A stretch of DNA of 64,000 bases, from assembly GCF_036321535.1 (NCBI RefSeq), contig NC_087462.1, forward strand, positions 6,138,001-6,202,000. The letters are read 5' to 3'. A program made the position numbers and the translations under genes. Positions 48,150 through 62,000 of the stretch are shown piece after piece (the stretch's first letter is position 1; the number at the start of each line of letters is the position of its first letter). The stretch is from Camelus dromedarius. Lineage: Eukaryota. The notes under the pieces were generated by a model. It searched no databases and was not told the origin of the DNA. It saw only the letters and a program-made list of their open reading frames with translations.

Positions 48150-49351
48150 GGGGCCAGTGCCAGAGATGCTCAAGGGCCTGAACCAAATCGCTTTTGGGTT
48201 TTCTGGTGTTTTGTTTTGTGTTTTTTTTTTCCTTTCGGTAATAGAAAAATCTCTGAAAGACTTTGCTGACCAACCAGCAGGAGCCCAAGGAATGTGGGGG
48301 AGTCCAGGGGCCACTCTGCACCTCTGGCGTGCACCTCTGGCGTGCTCCTGGCGTGGAAACCCTGCAGCCTTAAGAGGGAGGGGCCCAGCCCCCTCTCTCT
48401 CTCCCCACCCCTGTGTCCGCCTGTGTCCACCTGTGTCTGTCTCTCTGGGAGTCCTCTCCTGCCTCATTGCTCCTGTATCTTGGCCTCTTGAGTGCCTTGG
48501 AGGTTTCCCTCACCTCCCGTGAGGATCAGAGACTGTCCCCTTTTTTAACTTTGACAATTGACTTTGGTTTCCTTTTCTAATTTTTATTATTTTTTAAAAC
48601 AATCCAGATGGCCCCCAGCTCTGATTCCTTTAAGGCCCAGCATGTCTGGGCCTCCATTCCACACTTTCAGTTTGAAATGGCTCACTCTTTTTTCTTTCTC
48701 CCATATCTGCTGCAGGCTTGGCTCTCTCCTGCCCCTGCCTGCCCTTTCTGGCCTGTACTCCAGCTCCGGGTCCCCTACACCCTACCACAGTCCCCTCACC
48801 TTCTGATGCCTTAAAGCCAGGCCCCAGGCCCCACTGGCCAGAGCCTCTCAGATGCTGAGCTCCAGAAGCTTGACTCAGGACCAAATGGCTCTGGCCTGGG
48901 GATTGGGCTCCTCTACGCCGGGTCCCCCATCGTGGGGACAGTAGAAGGCCAAAGCCTTGGTCTTGGCAAACCAGTCCCACCAGCCCTCCTGCCCAGGCCT
49001 AGATGCAGAGTTGGACTTTCTCTGCCAGCTTAAACCTCTTCTGTCCGTCTGTGGGGCATTGTGCATCTCACTGGCCTCTGCTGTCTCCATGTTGAAGATG
49101 AGCTCCGCCTCTTCGTCCCAGGCCAGATCACCCGGAGCTGGCCTCCCTTTGGCCCAGTGCTGGAAAATCCAACAACGTGCATATAAGCTCTGCCCCTGCC
49201 CACCAGCAGGACCTGTCAGTCTGAGGTGACCCTGGGCCCTGACCCTGGCCGGCTGGGCCACCAGCTTCCCTCCCCTGACTCTGGGGGGTTCACATCCACT
49301 CCAGGGGAGGGGGTGTCCTCTCCCCAATCTTCTCACACAGACCTTTGCTGA

Positions 49352-49357
49352 ATTAAA
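49352..49357 (+). terminator. RAVER1: Probable RAVER1 polyadenylation signal ATTAAA
   Basis: ATTAAA followed by a GT/T-rich stretch about 1.2 kb after the stop and just before the FDX2 CpG island. Confidence 0.65.
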
Positions 49358-49519
49358 GTTTGTTAAGTAAATGGTTTTAAAGAAAGCAGAGCTGGCTGGT
49401 TCTTGGGACAGTGGGCCTGGGTGGGAGGTCTGGGATAGCGCTACCGGTTTTGGTGCTCCCAAGCCTGTCCAGTGCCCTCCCACTCTGGCAGTTTCCCCTG
49501 GAGGCCCCTCCCTCGCAGG

Positions 49520-49612
49520 CCCCCAAGCAAAAGCCGACGCTTATATTCGGATAATTATGGGCCCTTTGCTCGTGTGTCTGTTACTGCGCATGCCTAGTCT
49601 GCGGGTCACGTG
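49520..49612 (+). promoter_or_regulatory. FDX2: FDX2 promoter (NRF1-like site and E-box)
   Basis: TGCGCATGC at 49585-49593 and GTCACGTGA at 49605-49613 within a CpG island. Confidence 0.6.
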
Positions 49613-53017
<3,405 letters not shown>

Positions 53018-53270
53018 TACAGACAGCTGGATCGTCCTAGACACTCACGGCCCCAGCGCCGGGACTGGAGAAATAGCCAAGTTGCCAGCCCAGCCCAGAG
53101 CAGGGACAGGCCTGAGAGAGAGATGTCGGAAGCGGCCAGAAGGCTAAAACCCCTGCATCAGAGAGAGCCCATGTCCAGGCTGTGGTGGGGACAGCGCCCC
53201 TACTGGGGCAGCCTCCCTCAAGCCCCCTGAGAAAGGGGATGTGGATGGGGTGGAATCTAATTGGAGCAAC

Positions 53271-53276
53271 AATAAA
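53271..53276 (+). terminator. FDX2: FDX2 polyadenylation signal AATAAA
   Basis: First AATAAA, about 250 nt after the stop. Confidence 0.8.
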
Positions 53277-53779
53277 ACTGTCTCACAGACCTCCAGCATC
53301 TTGAATGTCCTTATGAGGAAGGTGGGGACAGAGGGGCGGGCCCTGGGGTCTACAACTGCATCTCCCATACCCCCAGCCTTCCTCTTCCACAACGGTTTTG
53401 GGCCAGCAGGAAACAGGCAGAGGCCTGAAGGTGAAGGCCCGAGAGCCTGAAGATCAGCGTGGCAAGACTCCGCCCCGCAGCGCGGAGGGATTTGGAGGGC
53501 TCCAGGCCGCCCTTGGCCACAAGGGGTGTGCAAGCCCCCTGAGCAGAGTCAGGGGAGGGGGAAAGGGACAGAGGCTGGCCCGAGAGTGGGGGGTTGGAAG
53601 CCGGTGCCCAACATCGTCCACCAGAGGCGCCCGATCCCACAGGCGCCGCCCCACTCAGGTGGTGCTCCTTGCACCCTCCGCCAAAAGCGCCCCCGCCCCA
53701 CGCAGGTGAAGCTCATCCGGTGGGACTGGCGTGGGCGGGGCAGGGCGAGATTTGGGAAGGGGGCCTGGGCTGGGGTGCA

Positions 53780-55987
53780 ATGGAGGCTGAGCCAGTCCCG
53801 GACTTCATGCTGCGAGAGCTGCTGGCGCCACGCTGTCTAGACCCCGAGCTGCCCCCGGAACCCCGGGCCCAGCGGGCACCGAGGACTCCTGGATGCCTCA
53901 GACCCAGTGGCAGGTACGTTAAGGAGCGGCCCTTCCCCCAACCTGGTCCAGTGGTCAAGGGATCATGACCTCTGGCTCCTGGGGTTATCCAGGGGTCAAA
54001 ATGTTAGTTACTGGTACTGACAAGGAAGAGGGCCTCGTCCCCAGGGATACTTGGGGTCATATGGGGGTCAGAGGCTATGCCATTCTCCTTGCCTTGTTCC
54101 GTATCTCTGAGACCCAAGTAGGTGCTGCTCGGGGAAGGGGCTGACCACACTGCCCCTTGTCTCCAGGTCCTTCTGGCCTGCACACCAGGATTCAGTCACT
54201 GCACTGCGCTTCCTCCAAGAGACAGCAGAGGGGCTGGCCCAGCCTCCCACGTGGGACACCCAGGCCCTGGGGCCCTGCTGGGAGCTGAAGGCCCTGGGGA
54301 CCCTGGGACCCCCTCCTCTGGCCAGGGATGCCAAGAACATGCTGACCCCAATCAGCCAGCAGTGCCACAGCCCAGGGACTCCCCCGGCCTCTTCAGCTCA
54401 GCCACAGAGGAGGCCCCGGAAGCAGTTGAACCCCCAGAGGGGCTCAGAGAAAGTGGACCCCCAGTTCGAAGGGGTGACCCTGAAGTTTCAGATAAAGCCG
54501 GATGCCAGCCTCCAGATCATACCCAGCTACAGGTAGGGGCCAGCCTGGGCAAGGGCACCCTTTATGCAAGTAATGATAAAAGCACAGAGGCCTGGGAACA
54601 GGTGCTCCCAGCATCTGCTCAAGGACTCCTATGCCAGCCCTGCATTACAGACAGCCCCGACTCTAAGCAAGACATCAGGCTGGTGCCAGTCCCTGTCCCT
54701 GCTGCTGGAGACCAGTCACATCCAGGTCCAAGTGCAGGTCTCCTCCTAATGAAATAGTCTGACAGTACCCAGGGCTGCTGCTGTGGTAGATTTTTCCAGT
54801 AATGATAATAGCAACCATTTGTCAGACAGGACAACAACCATACGAGATATCGGAGCACTTGACGTCTATGGGCTCTCTGAAGCCTGGGGAAGCCCACTTT
54901 ACAGGTGCAGAAACTGAGGTGTAGAGGGTGCGATCACTTGTCCAGGGTCACAAAGTGAGGACTTGGGAGAACTGAGCTTTCAACCTGGCAGGTTGGCTCC
55001 AGACTTATTACCTCTTCACATGATTATGATTGTGATTACCAATGAGGGGCCAGGCCTTTCAGACGTCAGATGCCTCCTCGGGGACTGCCCAATACCCTGG
55101 CAGGACATACTCATTTGCGGGCTGTCTGGGGCAGGGTACAGACGTCCTGATGCTAACGCCTGTCTACTCCCCCAGCCTGGCTTGCAGCAGCCGCTCTCAG
55201 GGTGCCCCGACTGGCCCTGCCGGGGGCCCAGAGGCCAACCTGCGAGGCAGCGAGGCCCTGGGTAAGTCCTGGAGACTTGAGAGCTATAAATATTTGGGGG
55301 AGGGTATGGTTTCCTTTCCTCCTTATCTTTCTTCCCAACCTGCTTCCCTATTTAGACCCATCCAGGAGGAGTCACAGCGCCCCCCTCCACTCAGGCTGAG
55401 TCACCCCCACCCCCAGCTTCCTCCTCTGCCGAGCTTTGCCATCTGTCTCCCTTCCTGGCTTTCCCTATGTCTTAGATCTGGCCTAGGGCTGGGTGGGGCC
55501 TTTACAGAGGACCCCCCCCCCGAAAATGCCCACCCTACCCGACACAGGCCTCCTGAGCTTGGACTCTTGGCCTCTGACCCCTGCCCTTTGGCTTATGCCC
55601 TTTCAGGGCCCCGACGCTGTGCTTCCTGTAGGACCCAAAGGACCCCACTCTGGAGAGATGCTGAAGATGGGACCCCTCTCTGCAATGCCTGTGGAATCAG
55701 GTCCTCAAAAGAGAGGAGGGAATTGGGGTGGGGTGACATCAGTCCCTGCTTAGCCAGTGAGGAGTAGTGGGAAGAGAAAACACCCACCTCTTGGGGAAAG
55801 TGGCTCCCTGGTGGTGATTTCCAGGCTGAATGTGGGTTTCTTGCACCCCCACCCCAGGTACAAGAAATACGGCACTCGGTGCTCTAGCTGCTGGCTGGTG
55901 CCCCGGAAAAGTGTCCAGCCCAAGAGGCTATGTGGCCGATGTGGAGTGTCGCTGGGCCCCCACCCAGTCCCAACTCAGGAAGGGTAA
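53780..55987 (+). CDS. ZGLP1: GATA-type zinc finger protein 1 (GLP-1), 269 aa
   Basis: Exons 53780-53913, 54167-54532, 55176-55261, 55607-55700, 55858-55987; 810 nt, open frame. Contains RRPRKQLNP, the GATA finger CASCRTQRTPLWRDAEDGTPLCNACGIRYKKYG and a second CSSC..CGRC cluster. The first exon resembles recalled mouse Zglp1 (MEA...ELLAPxCLD). Confidence 0.93.
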
Positions 55988-56273
55988 GCCCTTCCTCACC
56001 CAGCCGAGCCTGTCCTGCCTCAGTTTCTCCCTGGGGAGAACGGGCAGAAGCCCTCCGAGGGGAAAGAGCTTGGGTCTTGAGGGATCCAGTCGGCCTCCTC
56101 TCTGCCCCCTCCCCTTTCAGAGACGCCAGTGGAGGATGCAGGCCCCAGACCTTTTGGCTCAGGGGGTCACTGGCCCCCTCCTTGGTCCCTGCTCCAATCA
56201 GGCTTGGCTGAGCTCCCCCCACCCCCCCAGAAATGCTGTCAACAGCGATACTCATATTGTTAATAGCAGTAAC

Positions 56274-56279
56274 AATAAA
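56274..56279 (+). terminator. ZGLP1: ZGLP1 polyadenylation signal AATAAA
   Basis: First AATAAA after the stop at 55987. Confidence 0.75.
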
Positions 56280-57599
56280 GAATAGAAACACTCCTAGAAG
56301 AGGCAGCATGACCTGGATCCCACCTTGCTTGATCTCCCTCCCCCGCCTCTCCCCAGGCCCAGGAATGCGGGGAAGGGGTCTTCTCATTGGGGTTCAAGGG
56401 ACACACACAGTCACAGATACTGGTACCAGCTCCCCCAAGGGAATTAGCCACATTCATGACAACAGCCCATACAGGGCAACAGCCACCGAGTGTGGAGACA
56501 GACAATGCGTTCAGAAAGACAGACACGTCCACATGGACACGCACACTGACAGACACATCGAGACACACATGCGAGACAGATCAACAGATGCAAATGTGCT
56601 GACACTCATGAGACATGTACACCCAGAGACAGACCACACACAAAATAGAAGGACACACATATTGACAGACACACACCTACCTATAGACACGTGTTGATAG
56701 ACACACACAGGATGCATATACACACACAAAACGGACACAGAGTTGGCGCATAGTGGTACACACACAGGTAGGTCCATTGTCAGCTCCACCCCTGCCCTCA
56801 GGATGTCACCTTCCTGCAAATTTAAGTGCACCAGTCCTTGCTCTGTGTCCCTCCCTCCATTTCAAGATCTTCCTGGCCCCACCAAAGAGTGTCCCCAACC
56901 TGAAGCCAGGAGCCACATGCAAGACGCTGGGTCCTACCCTTGTTGGCAGGACACACAGGCCACCAGTCCTCCCTGGGAGGGAGGGAGGAGGGAGCATCAG
57001 GGATGGGTGCGATTCAGCAAAGGCAGAGGTGGTCCCTGCTGTGGGGGGTGAGTGAGGCCTGCCTGGCTGCATGCCCTGGGGAGGCAAGCCCCTGCGAAAC
57101 CCACTCTGTGTCTCCTGAGTGAGCCTGCGGGGAAGGCCTGGGCCCGGATCCCTCGGCCCTGAGATCCCTGGCTCATTCAGCGCCACCCTTCCTCCGCTCA
57201 GAACACCCTCACCCACATCCCCCATCGCTCCTGCCTTCTCATCACCTGGGGTGGGGCTCTCAGCCCCAACACTACATCTTCAGAGAAGCCGTCCTTGACC
57301 ACCCAGCCTAAAATGGCTCCCCCACTCCCACCCCATGTCAGGCTCTAGGGCAGCAGCTGGCTCATCTCCCTTTTAGAACCTACCAGAAGTTTCAAGCTCT
57401 CTGCTGGTCCAGGGTTATTTCATTCACATTCATCTCCCCTGCTAGACCGTGACTTCAGAGGTCCAAGGTCATCACATCTGGGTTTCTGACCATGATAGCC
57501 CACCCCCGTCCAGTGCCCAACATGGAGAAGCTCTCCGGGGATAGACTCTGAATACACGAGGGTCTCAAGACAGTGTATCTGCAAACCCCTGGCTGTTGT

Positions 57600-57960
57600 T
57601 AGCCACTTATTCAATATTTACTGAGCAACTACTGTGTGCCCAGGACCCCATGGGGACACTCATCGGTGAATCAAACACAGACCCCTGCTCTAGCAAAGCC
57701 AATATTCTAGAGTGACAGTTATCTGCTAGAATGTCAAGTAGTGATTGTGCTACAGAGAAAATAAAGTCCGTGGGGAGGTGAGGAGTTGGGCTGCTACCTT
57801 AGCCATGTTCTCAGGGAAGGCCTCTCTGAGCAGGTGACATCTGTGTAGAGACCTGAAGATAAGGAACTAACTATGGGGCCATCTAAGGTGAGGAAATGGC
57901 AAAAGCAAAGGCCCTGTGGCAGGCAGAACTTTGTGGGGTTCCAGGAACCTCGAAGGTGCG
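57600..57960 (-). mobile_element. L2 3' fragment
   Basis: TATTTACTGAGCAACTACTGTGTGCCCAG...GGAAGGCCTCTCTGAGCAGGTGACAT. Confidence 0.55.
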
Positions 57961-58223
57961 GGTGGGCGTGGAGAGGTGATTAAGGGAGGGCGGGACAGCA
58001 GTGGCACCTCATTTGTGCCCTTCCCTCTTCTGTGCCTGGCACCCAGCTGTGGCTCGGCCTCTAGTGCCTCAGTTTCCTGCTCTCACCTTGGCTCCTGAAA
58101 TGTGTGCACAGAAATGCTGGTGGAGCTGGAACTGTCCAGGCCTGCTTCCTTCTGGCAGCTCTGTGTTCCTGCTTTTGAGGGAGGAGGAAACTAGGGGTGG
58201 GGGGAGGGGAGGCCCAGCTGTTC

Positions 58224-58252
58224 TCTCCTGCTGTGTGTGTGTGTGTGTGTGT
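58224..58252. repeat. (TG)n microsatellite
   Basis: Read directly. Confidence 0.85.
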
Positions 58253-58873
58253 GTTGGGGGAGTGCGGCTGATATCCTGTGTGTCTCTCCTGAATCACAAC
58301 GGGCCAGGTCGAAAGGCAGGTGGTGAGTAGACTGAGGCAGAGTGGATGGACATAGAATGGAGGAGGCTGGGGCAGGGGGCAGGGGCACACCTTGTAATAG
58401 CAGGGACATTCCAAGAGCTGATAATCAGAGGATGCAGCATCCTGTGCCCATCCCTGCAAGGCCTCAGGGCAGGGGCTGGGCCAGACCCCTGGGAAAGGGG
58501 CTCCACCCATCCAGGGAAGGCAGTGTCAGTTCTGCCGGGAACGCAGCCAGGCCTGGGGGAAGCACTAGCTCCCACCCTCAACCATTAGCCAGATTAGGTG
58601 GCAGCGTTGGGCACAAGAGATAAGCGGCAGAAAGGGGGAAGCGCGGTCCCCGCCCCAGCCTAAGGGTCCAGTGAGAGCAGGAAACCCTGGGTAGGGAGAG
58701 CACTGGCTCCAGGCCACATCGTGAAAAGGCAGCTTGGACTGTGCTTGACACATGGTAAGCCCTTAAAAACAAACAGGGTTTTGAGTAAATAACCCGTAGG
58801 GTTGGGATTGGAACCCTGGGTTGCTTCCACTTCGCAGGCTGAAGCAGATGGAGCCGGAGTCCTTTATAAAAAC

Positions 58874-58879
58874 TTTATT
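58874..58879 (-). terminator. ICAM5: ICAM5 polyadenylation signal (AATAAA on - strand)
   Basis: TTTATT on the + strand about 140 nt past the ICAM5 stop. Confidence 0.8.
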
Positions 58880-59016
58880 GGAGGTGGGGGTAGAAAATGG
58901 GGGTGACGCCCCTGGAAGCGAATAAATAAATAAATGAATAAATAAATAGAACAATAAGTAAGCCCCCGCGTGCGTCTGGGGGGCGTCCCCCGGCCGGCGG
59001 GGAGAGGGGAGCTGGC

Positions 59017-62000
59017 TCATGCTGACGTCAGCTGGATGGCGAAGACCTCGCCGCCCGCCGGCGCCTCCGCAGTGCCCGCAGCCTCTGTTCCACCTTCCGC
59101 GCCCGTGCCCGCGCTGGCGCCGCCGCCAGCGCCGTTGAGACACACGGCCTCCCCGGAGCTCTCCGCCTCCTGCACGTTATACTCGCCCTTCTTGCAGGCG
59201 GTGGACTGCACGTAGAAGGCCAGCCCGGCCCCCGCGGCCAAGAGCGCCGCGCCCCCCGCCGCGCCGCCCACAGCGACCCACAGCCACGGACCTGCGGGAT
59301 GGAGATGCTCAAAGAGGGGGGACGAGCTAGGGGCTCGCCCCACCCGTCGGCATGCCAGGCTGGGCCACTCCTGTCCCCTCCCCGAAGGCACAAGTTCAGT
59401 CCTCACGGGCCTGGCAGGGAGCCCCAGGGAACTCAGCCTTGGAGGAAAGGAGAGACCCCAGTAAGACCACTCATAACACCGCTGTGACCCTGACCCATTT
59501 GACCAGCTACCCCATCACGGAGGGGGAGGGGGCAGATATAAACCCCTAGCCATGGAGATACCTACAAGTAAACCAACTCATCCTCAAATGGATCAGGGTG
59601 GAGGGGACCCGCTGATTCCTCCACCCTAGAAAGTCCCCAGCCCCAGAGATACACGAAATGGGAGAGGGGATATTGTTGGGGTCCCCCGCCCCCATCCTCT
59701 GCCCTTGGTCCCTCTCCAACACCCCTTCTCTGCAGCAACACAGTGGAGGGTGAATTGGATCAAGTCTCCACCAAGCAGAACCCACCAAAAGTTAATGAAG
59801 TCCCTCCCCATAGCAGTCACAGCCCCGGAGGATCCCTTTCCTTGGGCTCTGGTCACTCCCTCTCCATCCGCTTCCCACCCCCAACCAGCCCTCAAAGCCC
59901 CACCGTCTGGGAGCCCCTAACTTCTACTCTGGCTCACTTCAGTCTCATCTGTGGGAACGGAGAGCGAGGTAGGGACGGGGTCAAGAATTCCAAGGCGCAG
60001 GTCACACCTCCCTGGAGATCCCTCGCCTCACCCCCACACCCAGCCGCCACTTACCAGCCACGCGCACGGTGATGCGCCGTGTGTGGCGCCCATGCGCGTT
60101 GGTGGCTGCGCACTCGTACTCGCCGCCGTGGCTGCCCATGGCGCCCGCCACGCTCAACGTGCTGTTGTTGCTGGACAGGCCGATGTTGAGTGCCCCCGGG
60201 GGCGCGCGCCAGCTGATCTGGGCCGGGGGCCATGCCTCAGCCCTGCAGGTCAATGTGAAGTTCCCGCCCGGCCGCACGCCTCCAGGAGGTGAAGCAGCCA
60301 GCTCGGCCACCACCGGGCGGTCTGTAGGGGACAGGAGGTTGAGGGGGTCTCACCGCTGACCAAGTGCCCCCTTCTGCCCAACACAATCTGAGACCACCCC
60401 TTCTGAGATGGGCAGGCAAGGGTCCTGCCTCTTATCAGAGCCCCCTCCCCCTACAAGTGGGACTATTGTCAGGACTAAAATCCTTAGACCTGCTTCACTG
60501 AGTGGAAGGAGATGGGGAACCAAGCCAATGCACTTCAGACCCAGAATTTGAAGGTGCCATGATCTTGTTCCGCAGAGTTTTCATTACTCTGAGGTTTAGG
60601 CCGGGATTCCTTGTCCCCAGAAATGTGACTCAGGGAGATGCCCTTGAACTCCTCTGGGCCATCCTACCTCTTCTAGTGACTGTTCTGGAGAATGAATGTG
60701 CTCTATCTGGTGCTTCCCCCACTCACATTCCACGCCCACGGTGACAATCCGGGCATCCGTGCCGTGCGGGTTGGTGGCCAAGCAGCGGTAGCTGCCTGCA
60801 TCCTCTCGGGACACGCGCAGCCGCTGTGGCCGGGGCGCGCCCTCCCTGGAGCAGCGCACTTGTGGCGAGGGGCGACCCCGGGCAGAGCAGGCCAGCGCAG
60901 CAGCCTCAGCCCCTTCCAACCACGTCTGGTGACTTGGGCAGGTAGATTCATCCATTTCCGGTGGTGCTGCAAAATAGCCATGGCAGGAGAGGGGGTGGTC
61001 AGGAGGGGCTCGGATCCAGGACACCCCCTATTCCCCGCCCGCCCACTTGGGCCTGGCTCACATTCCGCGCTCACGGAGACGGTCTTGACCATGGATCCGT
61101 GCTGGTTGGTGGCATTACAGATGTAGGTACCAGGTGCCAGTTCACTAGGGATTCGGGGGGCTCTGGCACTAGGGCCTGGGGGTGCCAGTGGCAGCAGCAC
61201 CCCCTCACTGGTGCCGCCAGAGCCAATGCACTCCACACTTGGCTCTGGCTTCCCATCAACCTCACAGGAAAATAGTCGCCCAGAACCTTCCACCCATGTC
61301 CAATTGCTGGGGCAGCTCAGCTCCTCAAAACTGGGGCCATCTGAGGAGAAGAGGTCGTACAGGGACTGGAGGTCAGAAGAGGGTTATTCTGACATCCCTC
61401 ATCTTGCCCCATGTTGTCCCCACTCACATTCCACAGTGACAGCCACATTTTTGGCTGCAGAGCCTCGAGCATTGGTGGCTTCGCAGCGGTAGGTGCCCGC
61501 GTGCTCCCGGGCCACATGCAGCAGGCCCTCGATGATGATCCCAGCCTCCCCAGAGCGCATGCAGCTCACGTTGGGAGGTGGGACCCCATGGGCCACACAG
61601 CTCAGGGAGGCCTCTGTTCCTTCCAGCCAGGTAATGCGTTCAGGGCAGCCCACACTGTCCAGCGCTGGTGCATCTAGAGGGGAGTGTTGTTGATTTGGGG
61701 GGTTTAGGGAACAGTGTAATGTCTCTAGACCCCTTTTCCCATCCCAGGAGAGCCAGGAAGCATTGGACAGGCTATGCTCCACAGAGGGACACCGAACCAA
61801 AGGAGTTTTGCACCAGTCGAGTCATGCACTGTTTTGGGGCTTCCTGAGCCCTAAGGTGTGCTTTTATCTGATTCCTACAAAGTGCCCACAGGACCCTCCC
61901 ACCGTCTTTGGCCTAAAAATTGTTAGCCCGTTTGAAACACCCACCTTTCCAAGGCAGCCCAAACGCTGTGCGCCAGACGCCCGTGGACACGCCGACCCCT

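Noticed and set aside
54020-54166. Human-type ZGLP1 N-terminus read through from intron 1
   Set aside because: In-frame TGA at 54108 and no ATG between it and exon 2; the mouse-like exon 1 is the only workable start.
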